Shown here: piece after piece, positions 1 to 9,969 of the stretch
How the letters are laid out: each line of letters begins with the position of its first letter
How positions within the stretch are numbered: position 1 is the stretch's first letter
Assembly (NCBI GenBank): GCA_050084515.1
Contig: CM114271.1
Span: 1,922,001-1,986,000 of the forward strand
Direction: 5' to 3'
From: Blasia pusilla
Lineage: Eukaryota
Length of the DNA: 64,000 bases
Translations under genes and position numbers: made by a program
Notes under the pieces: model-generated
What the model saw: the letters and a program-made list of their open reading frames with translations, nothing else
What the model was told of the DNA's origin: nothing
Databases searched by the model: none

Positions 1-262
1 GTCATTCCACTACCATTTGAAAACTAGGATCTACAAGGTTGACATGTATTGAGTGTAGTATGGTGAAAGAAAACTGTGTATTATCCACGATATAAGGTTG
101 CTCATATGTGCATGGGGGTTTGTTTTGTGTCTCGTCATGAGGGGTATGAGAGTTATGCAAATATGGATATTTTAGTTGGTAGTAACTTCCACAAGTGTGA
201 ATGCTAGCTGTTAGTGTGGGGTTGCTTGGAAGTATGCGAGGCCTTCTAAGTTCTAGCACCAT

Positions 263-778
263 TGTCACGTCCTTTAGGATAGATCGGTGAGATCTAGTAG
301 AGCGCCTTCAAGAGTAGTGGAAGACATGCCTAGGAGTTCGAGGATGACCTGCTGAGGCCCCGGGAAACCTAAGAGAGCAGGTTTCCCCTTCGTTTTGGCT
401 CATTTGGAGCCATATTGAGGAACTTACTAGTTTGGGTATGTACCATTTTGAGCATATGATCGACATTCTATTTTTGGTAAGTGGCCCTTGACCTCCTACA
501 TCAGGTCAAGAGCCAAGGAGGTGACTTGGGAGAATAGGTTACCATGGAGAGAGCTTGGGAGAGGGGAGGGGTATATATTCCAAGGAGAGAGAGCTTGAGA
601 GCTCATTCTCTCTTTGTTGAACCTCTTGGCATGAGGCGGCGGAGCTATGGTCCCTTGCCTTGTGAGTGTAACCCAAGCCTCTCATTAGGAGAGTGGGTTT
701 GGTTTGATATGAGAGCGAGTGCACACCTTTGAGAGCTATGGTGTGAGATTGTGTAGAGAGAGATTAGATCTTATTTTA
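263..778 (+). repeat. El-1 terminal repeat A1
   Basis: Near-identical to 18777-19115 (which lacks ~175 bp) and to the reverse complements of 42996-43511 and 31044-31562. Confidence 0.92.
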
Positions 779-1359
779 CAAAGAGAGAATGAGAGAAAGA
801 GAGAGCTTCATGGGGGAGCTCGCTGGTCACTCGATATTTTTGTAGGATGGGGACCGTGTTCCCCATCCAACGGCTCATGGGAATGCTCATGGGAGCAAGG
901 GTTGCTTGGATTGTTCTTTGCATTTGCCGATTTTTTGTGTGGAAGAGTGGCGCGCGGAAGCGCTGCCCAATTTCTGATAGGGATTGAGTATGGGGGCGGG
1001 TTGCCCCATGCCGGTGCTTTCGGGAGCACCATGTCGCTTTCTGATTTGTATTTTTACAGGTTTTACATTTTTGTTGGGAGGAATCAACGCGAAAGCGCTG
1101 CCGAATTTTGTGTAGGAGAAAGAGACATTGGGCTTTACAACAATCCCTTTCAGTTTTTACTGGAATGTCTGATTGTAAATATTTTTTGATGTTGGCGTAG
1201 ATCGTAAAGTTGTGCACGCTGTGCAACAAACTATGTGCAATTTGGAGTTACGAGCAAAATGTTATGATCAATCTTGCAAAACTACCATTGCTAGGCGATT
1301 TTTAGGGTTAAATTGTGCAAACCCTAAACCAGCCGCCACCGCCGCCGTCGCCGTCATAG

Positions 1360-1475
1360 TCAACGGTCAACCATCACCAGCGATGGTCAACCATCACCAC
1401 CAATGGTCAACCATCACCTTCACCATTCGTCCGTCACCATCAATGGTCAACCGTCACCATCAATGGTCCACCGTC
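1360..1475 (+). repeat. Short tandem repeats (CAAYGGTCAACCRTCACC-like) in the El-1 leader
   Basis: About 4-5 imperfect units. A reduced version lies on the minus strand in El-3 near 42350-42420. Confidence 0.7.
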
Positions 1476-2454
1476 CGTTATCCACCCTTGGTTGCCATTG
1501 CCGCCGTTACGGAGTGGAGGGTCTTCCACAACGTTCGTTGATTATCGGACTTGCGTCGCCATCACGTACTTTGTTTTGGCAGCCACCATCATCAACCTGT
1601 GATGGCATATGACCTCCTATTATAGTGTTTGAGTTTTGATTTCATGCTGCTATATTGTGATTGGTAGCCGCTCAACGACGATCGAGTACCGTGCCGTGAC
1701 GCCCGTAGCTGCAACGCGTCGCCGATTGCCGCGCCGTGCCGCTCGTGGCCGCATTGCACCATCTTGATCGTGGAGCCACTCCGGCATTGTGGAGCAGAGT
1801 GTGGGTTTATTGTTGATTGAGGAGGGTATGCCGCCGAGTGCCGCATCCCATCATCGATGGCCGTGCCGTTCGTAGTCGTTTCGTGCCGCCTGCAACGCCG
1901 CATCGTTCCGCTGGAACCGCACTGTCTATCGAGGAGTTTTGAGCAACATCAGCATGGGAGGAGCATGACTTGCTGATTGGAGGAGTTGTCTCCACGACCG
2001 AGTTGGGGTTGAGATTTGCAGTTGCTGAAGAGCGATATTGATATGTGTTCAGGTTACCCATTATGGTCCTTTACCCTGCACGTGTGAGGGATTATGGGAT
2101 TTGGGTAGTTTATTTGGGGATATTGGTTGTGTGGATGCTGAGAGCATCATTTATGTATGTGGTTTATGGGACATACACCTGTGTGGGATATCTTGAGTTG
2201 AGGGTAGGTTATCGATGAAATGATAACCTGGTCGATTTTCCCCACCACGCCGCTTATTCCCGCACGTTACATGTCTCGGGGAGGGAGAGTGTAGATCGAG
2301 TGCCGCATGTTTGAGATGAGTGATTGAGGGATTACTCACGAGGCAAGAGTGATCGGGTGAGAAGGGCACGAGGGTCATCACGACGTCTGTTGGGGACTTT
2401 GAGAGGCGAGGTGGTGAACCCGAGAGTAGCTCTAGAGGTTTTACGCGGAGTGGC

Positions 2455-4370
2455 GTGAGGTTCCGAGGGTCTTCACTTCAGGGACCACCTCGACCTCCTT
2501 CTGTGTCATCGTCAGACAAGGGAGAGGGTGTAGACGAGTTTTTGAGCACATCGCCACACATTGTGAGTGGTCCTACTAGTTGGGTGTACGAGATGGATGA
2601 CCGGGGTAGAGGACTACGTAGGTTTTCAGGTGCAGTAGGTACGATTGAGTTCCACGATTTCATAGCAGAGTTAAGGAGTTGGTGCGACTCTCAGAGGGCC
2701 AAGAACTCTAGAGAGTTCAACCCATTTACATCATGGAATGCTATGTTCCAGCATTTAGAGGGGGCACCCATGGACGATTACCATGAGTTTTCCCACAGAT
2801 ATGCCCACAAGATTGAGGCATGGCAACTCTACTACGACCCACACTATGTGTCGTGGGCGGAGCCGTTCCCAGATGAGGAGGAGGAGTTAGGAGAGGCTAC
2901 TTCCTCTTCCACTAGTGATGTTTTAGGAGGGATCACTCGCACTGGAGCAATTGCACCGTCTTGTCGGGTTCGTCCCAGGTTCAACCCGTGGTTGAGTTCT
3001 TTGCTGAGTTGAGGGCGAGCTACTAGGAGGTACGGAAGGAGAAGTTGCGGAGCATCCACAACTTCCAGAGGCGCCCGGGTGAGAGTTTACGTGAGGCTTA
3101 CACTCGCTTGCGCCGGTTGATCAACGTCACTCAGGGGATGATAGAGGCTCAGGCTATCCAGTCATGGTACGCGATGCTGGACCAGACCCTACGGCCACGA
3201 GTGCGGGAGGGGGTGCTTTTTATGAACACCTCCCCTACGTTGAGAGATGTTTTTAGGACCACCAAGAACATTGAGCGCAATATGGCAGAGGAGAGCGTAG
3301 CCACCATGGGTTCTGGGCCAGAGCACTCGCGATTGGCTGCACCACCTGTGCAACAATGTGGACTCCGAGATAGGTCAACTGTGGCACCACGAGCTCAGGG
3401 AGGATACGGGGAGCCGTGGCACAGAGACCTGCGCCTTCATATGCGGCTCAACAGCAGCCGCCTACTATTACTTGTTGGTCATGTGGTGGAGCCCATCATC
3501 AGCGCCATTGCACTCGTCAGGGTCATGGACGTGTGCCTCAGCATGAAGGAGGAGATGGTGCTGCACCAGGAGGTTATCAGTGTGACTATTGTCAGAGGTA
3601 TGGTCATACACGCGCAAGGTATTTCAGTTTACATCCTGAGTTACATCCGGACTAAGGGCCAGAGAGGGCACCAGAGTGAGTAGCCGGTCCGGGTGGGCCT
3701 AGAGATTGTGCACGGAGTGGTCCGTTGGGACGAGGAGCTGGAGTTGCCCGGACGGGGGTGGTGGAGCTGCCCGTGGAGGAGGTAGAGTACCACCACCTAG
3801 ACGCGCCGAGGGAGACGCCGGACGTGAGGCTGGGATGGCTGCTCAGATACAGCAGCTACAGGAGCAGATTGCCACTATGGCATTGAGGTTACCTGATGCA
3901 GGATCCGTGGCATCGACATCATATGGAGCAGCCAGAGATCTGGAGGATCTGGTTGGATGTCTTGGGTTGCCCAGATGGAGGCCGCCGGAGTTTGACGCCA
4001 GCGTGGAGCACGCAGAGTTGGATCCATGGGGAAGCCAGAAAACAGACTAGGCTTCCTCAGTCTTTCACGTTGTTCGAAGCGATGAGGACCCCATTGATGG
4101 GTCCTCATCAAAGTTCCTTGAGAGTTGGTGATGTTGTTGGTGTGTAGGCACGGAGGGCGATGGGAGAAGCGAGTGCGACGACTCCTATTGTTGATGCTCA
4201 AGAGGGGCATGTGTCGAGCACATTGTTGGGGGTGGCCACCATTGTGTACCGCACTCCTTTATTTTTTGCTTCCGATGTTATACGCCTGCCAAGGCTTTTT
4301 GGCTGGCCGCTTCACTATGTGAGCGCGGAGTTGGAGTTCCTACATCACGTTCAGAGGTGATTGTGGATTA
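2455..4370 (+). pseudogene. El-1 gag (frameshifted) with two zinc knuckles
   Basis: ORF pieces 2455-3012, 3045-3683 and 3416-3655 are homologous to El-2/El-3 gag pieces (GTIEFHDFIAE / GTIELEDFMQE; RPGESLREAYTRLRRLI). Knuckles CWSCGGAHHQRHC and CDYCQRYGHTRAR(Y). Start codon not resolved. Confidence 0.8.
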
Positions 4371-4371
4371 G

Positions 4372-4935
4372 GTGATGGACCTGCCCTTGGAGCGGATGCT
4401 TAGACCGTCCACGTTAGATTCATGGCAGGCTGCGGCTGCTAGGATGTCGGAGATGCCCGCCAGACCCACGATAGAGCGTGCCATGGCTTCTCCCGGTGTT
4501 GTGTTGCTGGATAACCAAGGAGAGGTCTTCCAATTGGTGAGTCTTAAAGGTAGAGCTTTTAGTCTGCAACGCGTCTTGTTGGATTCAAGAGCGCAACCCC
4601 TGATGTTGGGGAAACCGTCATTCAGAGGATTGGGCTTGATGAGAGCCGATGTGGAGCGTTGTCCATTCCGGATATAGACATCCTTGGGTGGAGCAAGTAC
4701 CACACAATATATCACCCGACAAGAGGTTGTGGTGAGGATTCGCCCGGGACATCCTACAGATGAGTCCATGGTGCGCGCCAAGGCGATAGTGACTGATGCA
4801 GAGTCCTACGACGTCGTGGTTGGTGGAGTAGTGTTATACCCAATGGGGTTTGCCCTGGATTATTGGGAGGAGTCAACATCCTACAGACCAGGATGGCAGT
4901 CAGGTGATGGGTGCCTTAGTTCATTACCCGTTTGA
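4372..4935 (+). pseudogene. El-1 aspartic protease domain
   Basis: RVLLDSRAQPLMLG (El-3 VLLDLGAQPL; consensus LLDSGA) and downstream YDVVVGG, typical of retropepsins. Confidence 0.8.
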
Positions 4936-5292
4936 TTCACAGGTGCAGTGATCGAGCAACGACCAGGAGAGATGGCGACCTTAGCAGCATTTAGCAGTGC
5001 CATCACTTGGCTTAGTGATTTGATTGAGGGACATGTCCATGCAGAGGATACTCCCGTTCCTGACATTTCTATGGAGAGGAGTGTTATGGTAGCTGCATCA
5101 TTCCGTGGAGGAGAGGTGCCGTTGTGGGGCTCGACTAAGGAGCTTCGACGATTGGCAGATGAGCACATGCAGACCGCGTGGAGCGAGGCGTTTGCACCGG
5201 AGCGTGATGGGTCTGAGGAACACAAGGTAGCAGGGAGTGCTACGATGACACCCTTGGATACCACATCCATTGTGTAGTGTACCCCGGAGGAG

Positions 5293-6245
5293 GGTATTCG
5301 AGTGTTAGATCTCTTTGGAGGGATTAGCACCGGGTTAGCTGCTGTTTTGCCGGCAAGAGTGCGAGTACAACAGTACCTGTATGTGGAGAGTGATGATGTT
5401 GCAAGGCGCGTCTCACTACGACATGTGGCGCAGTTACACCTACGTTTTCCCGACTTATTTTCTGCATCCGTAGTATAGGGGTACGAGAGTTCCCTACCAA
5501 GGGATATTTCGTTGTTGGGAACGCAGGACTTAGAGCGGGTAGGGACCATTGATTTGGTCATTTCCGGTTGGCCATGTCAGGGCCAATCGAGTGTTGGAAG
5601 AGGTAGCGGGTTGCCTCACACTCGGTCCAGGTTGTTTTGGGAGATGTTGAGGGTCTTACGGCAGTTGCAGGAGCACCAGTCTCGTTCTCCAGCCTACATT
5701 CTAGAGAACGAGACTGTGCCGATCTTAGGAGACTCCAGATCACGGGTGGTGATGAGTGCTCATCAAGTGCGTGCCTAGATCGGCCCAGTAGTGTTCTTGG
5801 ATGCGGCGAGTGTAGGTTCTAGAGCCCATTGCCCACGTCTATGGTGGACCAACTTGGTGTCCCATGCGGTGTTACGGAGGACGTATGCGAGAGTGGAGCG
5901 CCCCTCCCATTTGTTAGTGGATTCCATTCTAGATCCAGGTTGTGGATCACAAGTAGTGAGGCACGATGATCGACCACCACTGACTATGGTCAATAGGGTA
6001 GGCAGGCCGCGGGCAGCCTTTCCCACGTTTGTGAGTTTTCCCGCTTCCTATGCATACAAGGAGGCCGGTCCTGGCTTGGTTTGGGATGACCAAGTTTAGA
6101 GGTTGGTGGAGCCCAACGCCAAAGAGAGAGAGCAGGAGTGACACCCTCACAGGAGTGATGGCAGTCCCGTCAGTATCAGAGGCATCACGATGCCATGTCT
6201 TGGGTCAGGCGATGGACCTGAACTGCTTGACATGGATCCTCAGCT
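5293..6245 (+). pseudogene. El-1 DNMT3-like cytosine-5 DNA methyltransferase domain
   Basis: Motif I IRVLDLFGGISTG, motif II YLYVESD, motif IV DLVISGWPCQG, motif VI YILENE, motif VIII LDAASVGSRAHCPRLWWTNL, motif X VLGQAMD. Same reading frame as the upstream protease; contains in-frame stops and a frameshift near 6130. Confidence 0.92.
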
Positions 6246-6589
6246 TGGGAGTGGCTGAGCAGCGTCGTATGAGATCGCGACAGATCACAGCGGTTGCGTT
6301 GGTGAGCCCCATGCCTACCGAGATGGTGGAGGCAGTGGCTGAGGGCGAGACCCGAGGAGATCTATGCACCAGGGGAGATCGGGAGAGACACCCTTGTACT
6401 TCTTGGGATATTTTGCATGTACGCCAGGAGATGATAGCCACAACATCGAGCCTGGTTTCGGGCACTGCACGTGGAGGAGATTAGAGTTTGCAATTGGCTG
6501 TAGGAGAGCGGCTCAGTGTTGTTGTTCGAGACGGGGTTGCACCATAGCAACCACCGATACCCGCGTCGGAGAGTCCTACCGTAGTCACG

Positions 6590-8040
6590 ATGGAGACTTG
6601 GGAGCAAGATATGGGCCCTAAGTTGACAGGAGGAGAGCGGCGCCGAATACATCAGTTCCTCAAGAGTTATAAGAGCTGCTTTGTATTTAGCATGGAGGAT
6701 TTGGGGACGCTGAAGGGATCGGGGATCCACATTGAGTTGTCGAGTGATACGCCGATCTTCCGACGACCCTACAGGTACAGTGATATGGAGAGGGCTCTCA
6801 TTCAGAGTAGGAGCCAGGACTTGGTCTGAGCAGGACTAGTGGAGATGTCGCATGGGGAGTATGCATCTGCCATTGTGATGCCCGCCAAGAAGGATGTGCA
6901 TGGCAACTAGATGGATAGGCGGATGTGTGGGGATTACCGACCTATCAATCGTGATTTAAGTCCGATAGGTATGCCATGCCCACCCCGAGGAGATCTTTGA
7001 TGCGATTGGTCACGCAAAGGTCTTGATTCATTGATTTTGAGCGGAGACCATCAACTGCCTATCAGATTGGAGGACAGGCAGAAGACGGCATTTTGGGGCA
7101 TCGATCCTCATGGGAAGGATTGTTTGTACTAGTGGCGGTTCTTACCATTTGTGTTAAAGAACGCCCCGGCTGAGTTTCAGAGGGTCATGGATAGGATCTT
7201 GGCTGGTCTGGATTTTCCTAGGTGTTATATTGATGACACCGTAGTCTTTAGCGCCACGGTTGAGGAGCATGAGCGACATCTAGAGGAGGTGTTTCGACGA
7301 TTGCAATTACATGGGCTGAAGCTACATCTAGGCAAGTGCAAGTTCTTCTGCGACCAGATTGAGTACTTGGGTCATACGATATACCCAGGGAGCCTTGGTG
7401 TTCAGCAGACAAAGATATAGGCTATCTCACGCATTCCACGCCCTACCAATGTGAGCCGTGTTCGCGCATTCATGGGATTGGCGAACTTCTATCGGCGATC
7501 GTCAAGGGATTCAATTTGATTATGGCCGTTGACCTTGCGACCAAGGTGGATCACGAGTGGCACTAGGGGATGAGCGGGAGCGAGCATTTCGATTGCTCAG
7601 GACGGAGTTGGCGTCCGCGCCCATCTTGAGGAGACCGATCACGGGCGTCCTTTCCGATTGCACCACAGATTGGAGCATGTTGGGGCTTGGGCGGTGCTCA
7701 CCCAAAGATGATGATGAGGGTAGAGAGTTCGTGGTGGCTTACGCTAGCCGCTCGAACAATGTTGCAAAGGTGAAGTACAGCTCGTATGAGGGTGAGTGCT
7801 TCGCTACAGTGTGGGCTGTCGCGCATTTTAGGTGTTACTTATTCGGAAACCCCGTTACCATCATCACTGATCATCAACCACTGAAGTGGTTGATGGAGTC
7901 CGATAAGCTTACAGGGAAGCTTGCGAGATGGGCTCTGTTGTTGCAGGAGTATGATTTTCACGTGGTACATAGACCTGGGATGCTCAACAAGGATGCAGAT
8001 GGGTTGAGTCGTAACCCATGCCCGAGTCAGCGAGATGCGA
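6590..8040 (+). pseudogene. El-1 reverse transcriptase and RNase H
   Basis: PIFRRPYRYS, RMCGDYRPIN, LKNAPAEFQRVMD, CYIDD, KCKFF...YLGH; RNase H TDWSMLGLG...YSSYEGEC...TDHQPL...DADGLSR. Confidence 0.93.
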
Positions 8041-8199
8041 ATGGAGCTCGATGGCATGGAGAGAGTGATGAGGAGTCGGTGCTAGGATGGCACGTGTCTG
8101 CCTATTTAGGCATGTTGGCTATGGAGAGCCAGAGTGTGGAGACTTTGATGGCGAGGTCTAGCGGAGAGTCCTTGGATCCTGAGGCAAGTGAGGACACGA

Positions 8200-9221
8200 C
8201 AAGTGGCCGAGATATTCATGATGATGGAGTAGTCTTGGAGTACCTTCGTACTGGTAGCGTTGCGAGCACCGTGGATGCTAGAGAGCGGGATCGGATCCTA
8301 CAGCGGGCTAGACGGTTCCGTTGGGAGGGGACACATGTTTTGAGGGTTTGGGAGGATGGCAGAGTACGCATAGTGCCGCATCCTTCACAGAGAGCACGAC
8401 TAGTGCAGCATGCCCACGAGGAGTTGGGTCACTTTGGGGTGAAGTGGACGTACAGCTTGCTCGAGATTCAGTATTGGTGGCGAGGCATGCAGACTGACGT
8501 TCAGCAGTTTGTTGCCAGGTGCATGGTGTGTGATCGGATCCGAACATCGTTCAATGCTCCAACTCCACAGTTGCATCCATTACCGATCATGGGCTTAGGG
8601 TATAGATGGAGTTTGGATTTTGCACGACCTTTGCCCTTTGACGGAGCGTCACAGTCGTTATGTGTTGGTGATGATCGAGCACTTCTCGAAGTGTATCGAG
8701 TTGGTTGCATTGCCTGACAAAGCAAGTGAGGGAGTAGCTTATGCCTTCCTTGACAGAGTGCTGAGTCATTATGGCGCACCGGCTGAGGTGTTGACAGACC
8801 ACGGTACCAAGTTTCGCGCTGAGTTCCACGCCTTGTGTGATCAGGCGCTCATCGATCATCGTACGACTTCGCGAGATCATCTTGAGGCGGATGGATTAGC
8901 GGAGAGAGTTGTGCAGACGGTGAAGAGGTGTTTACGCAAGTATGGCTTGCAAAGAGGTCACCTAGGAGATTGGGACCTTCAGTTGCCCTGATTAGCGATG
9001 GGATGCAGATTCAGCAGGTAGGTATCCTTAGCGTCTTTTTCACCGTACTTGGTACTTTATGGCCGAGAGCCAGATTTACCTGCCGCCATTCGTCGAGATT
9101 CTGGTGCGGTGCTCGACCTTGATGACCCAGATGTATGGATGTGAGTATGTTCTCAGAGGGCTGAGTTGTTTTGGAGAGTGATGCCCATGGCGTTCGAGAA
9201 CTTGGCGATTGCGTAGCATCG
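8200..9221 (+). pseudogene. El-1 integrase (HHCC and DDE core), interrupted by El-2
   Basis: HAHEELGHFG...CMVC; WSLDF, VLTDHG, GLAERVVQTVK. Reading resumes at 18029 (AIA*HR|DTLRYATIQGG). Confidence 0.92.
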
Positions 9222-9969
9222 TGTCGTGCGAATCCACATCGTCATACAACATACATCGCTGACATACCATACTCACATACATAGATAACATAGATGAGAG
9301 TATCCACAAACACAAGTGTACCACAACTGAAATCCGTGAAAGACCTAGTGTCATAAAACACGTATACAATCACATACAATCGAGCCAAACCCACTCCACG
9401 ATGGAAGAATCTAGGTCAAAGCTTGCGGGAAACACCATAGCCAAGAGCTCTACTCACTACCAAGGCTAACTCCCAACGCAACAGGCTCAACTCAAAGAAC
9501 TGACTGTTCTTTGAGGGCACTCCACCTTATATCCTCCAACCTAAGAGCGATGGGAAAGTCACCCCAACTGAGTAACCCCCAACCCTATGTATGGAACCGC
9601 ATCTCTACCAAGCCACTACGGTCCTACATAAGGAATGGCCTCTACTAGCACACCATACTCTACGACATAATCTGTATGGTCATGACAAATGTGTCGTGCT
9701 TGAATCCACATCCTCATACAACATACATCGACATACCATACTCACATACATACATAACATAGATGAGAGTATCCACAAACACAAGTGTACCACAACTCGC
9801 CCCCCTAACTGGCGGTTAGGTCCCTCTAACTCCCAGGTAGCCCTATACATCTACTACATGCTATACACCTTCTTGGGTGCCCGAATCAGAAGGCCGGGTG
9901 CTAGGTTGCCCCATCGTTAGTCGCACATCTGTAATCCATATCATGCAAAGATCAAGTCATCTACCTCTC

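Noticed and set aside
539-2381. ORFs in repeat A and the leader, and long antisense ORFs over pol (e.g. 4881-5561)
   Set aside because: No recognisable domains and frames are not preserved between copies; likely shadows of GC-rich sequence.
5293-6245. Bacterial restriction-modification MTase, contamination, or a host DNMT3 gene
   Set aside because: The domain is intronless, embedded in frame in a retroelement polyprotein in three copies, and contiguous with a spliced plant gene.
6940-7700. Programmed frameshifting in pol
   Set aside because: Frame changes are numerous and differ between copies, which points to decay or possibly consensus indel errors.
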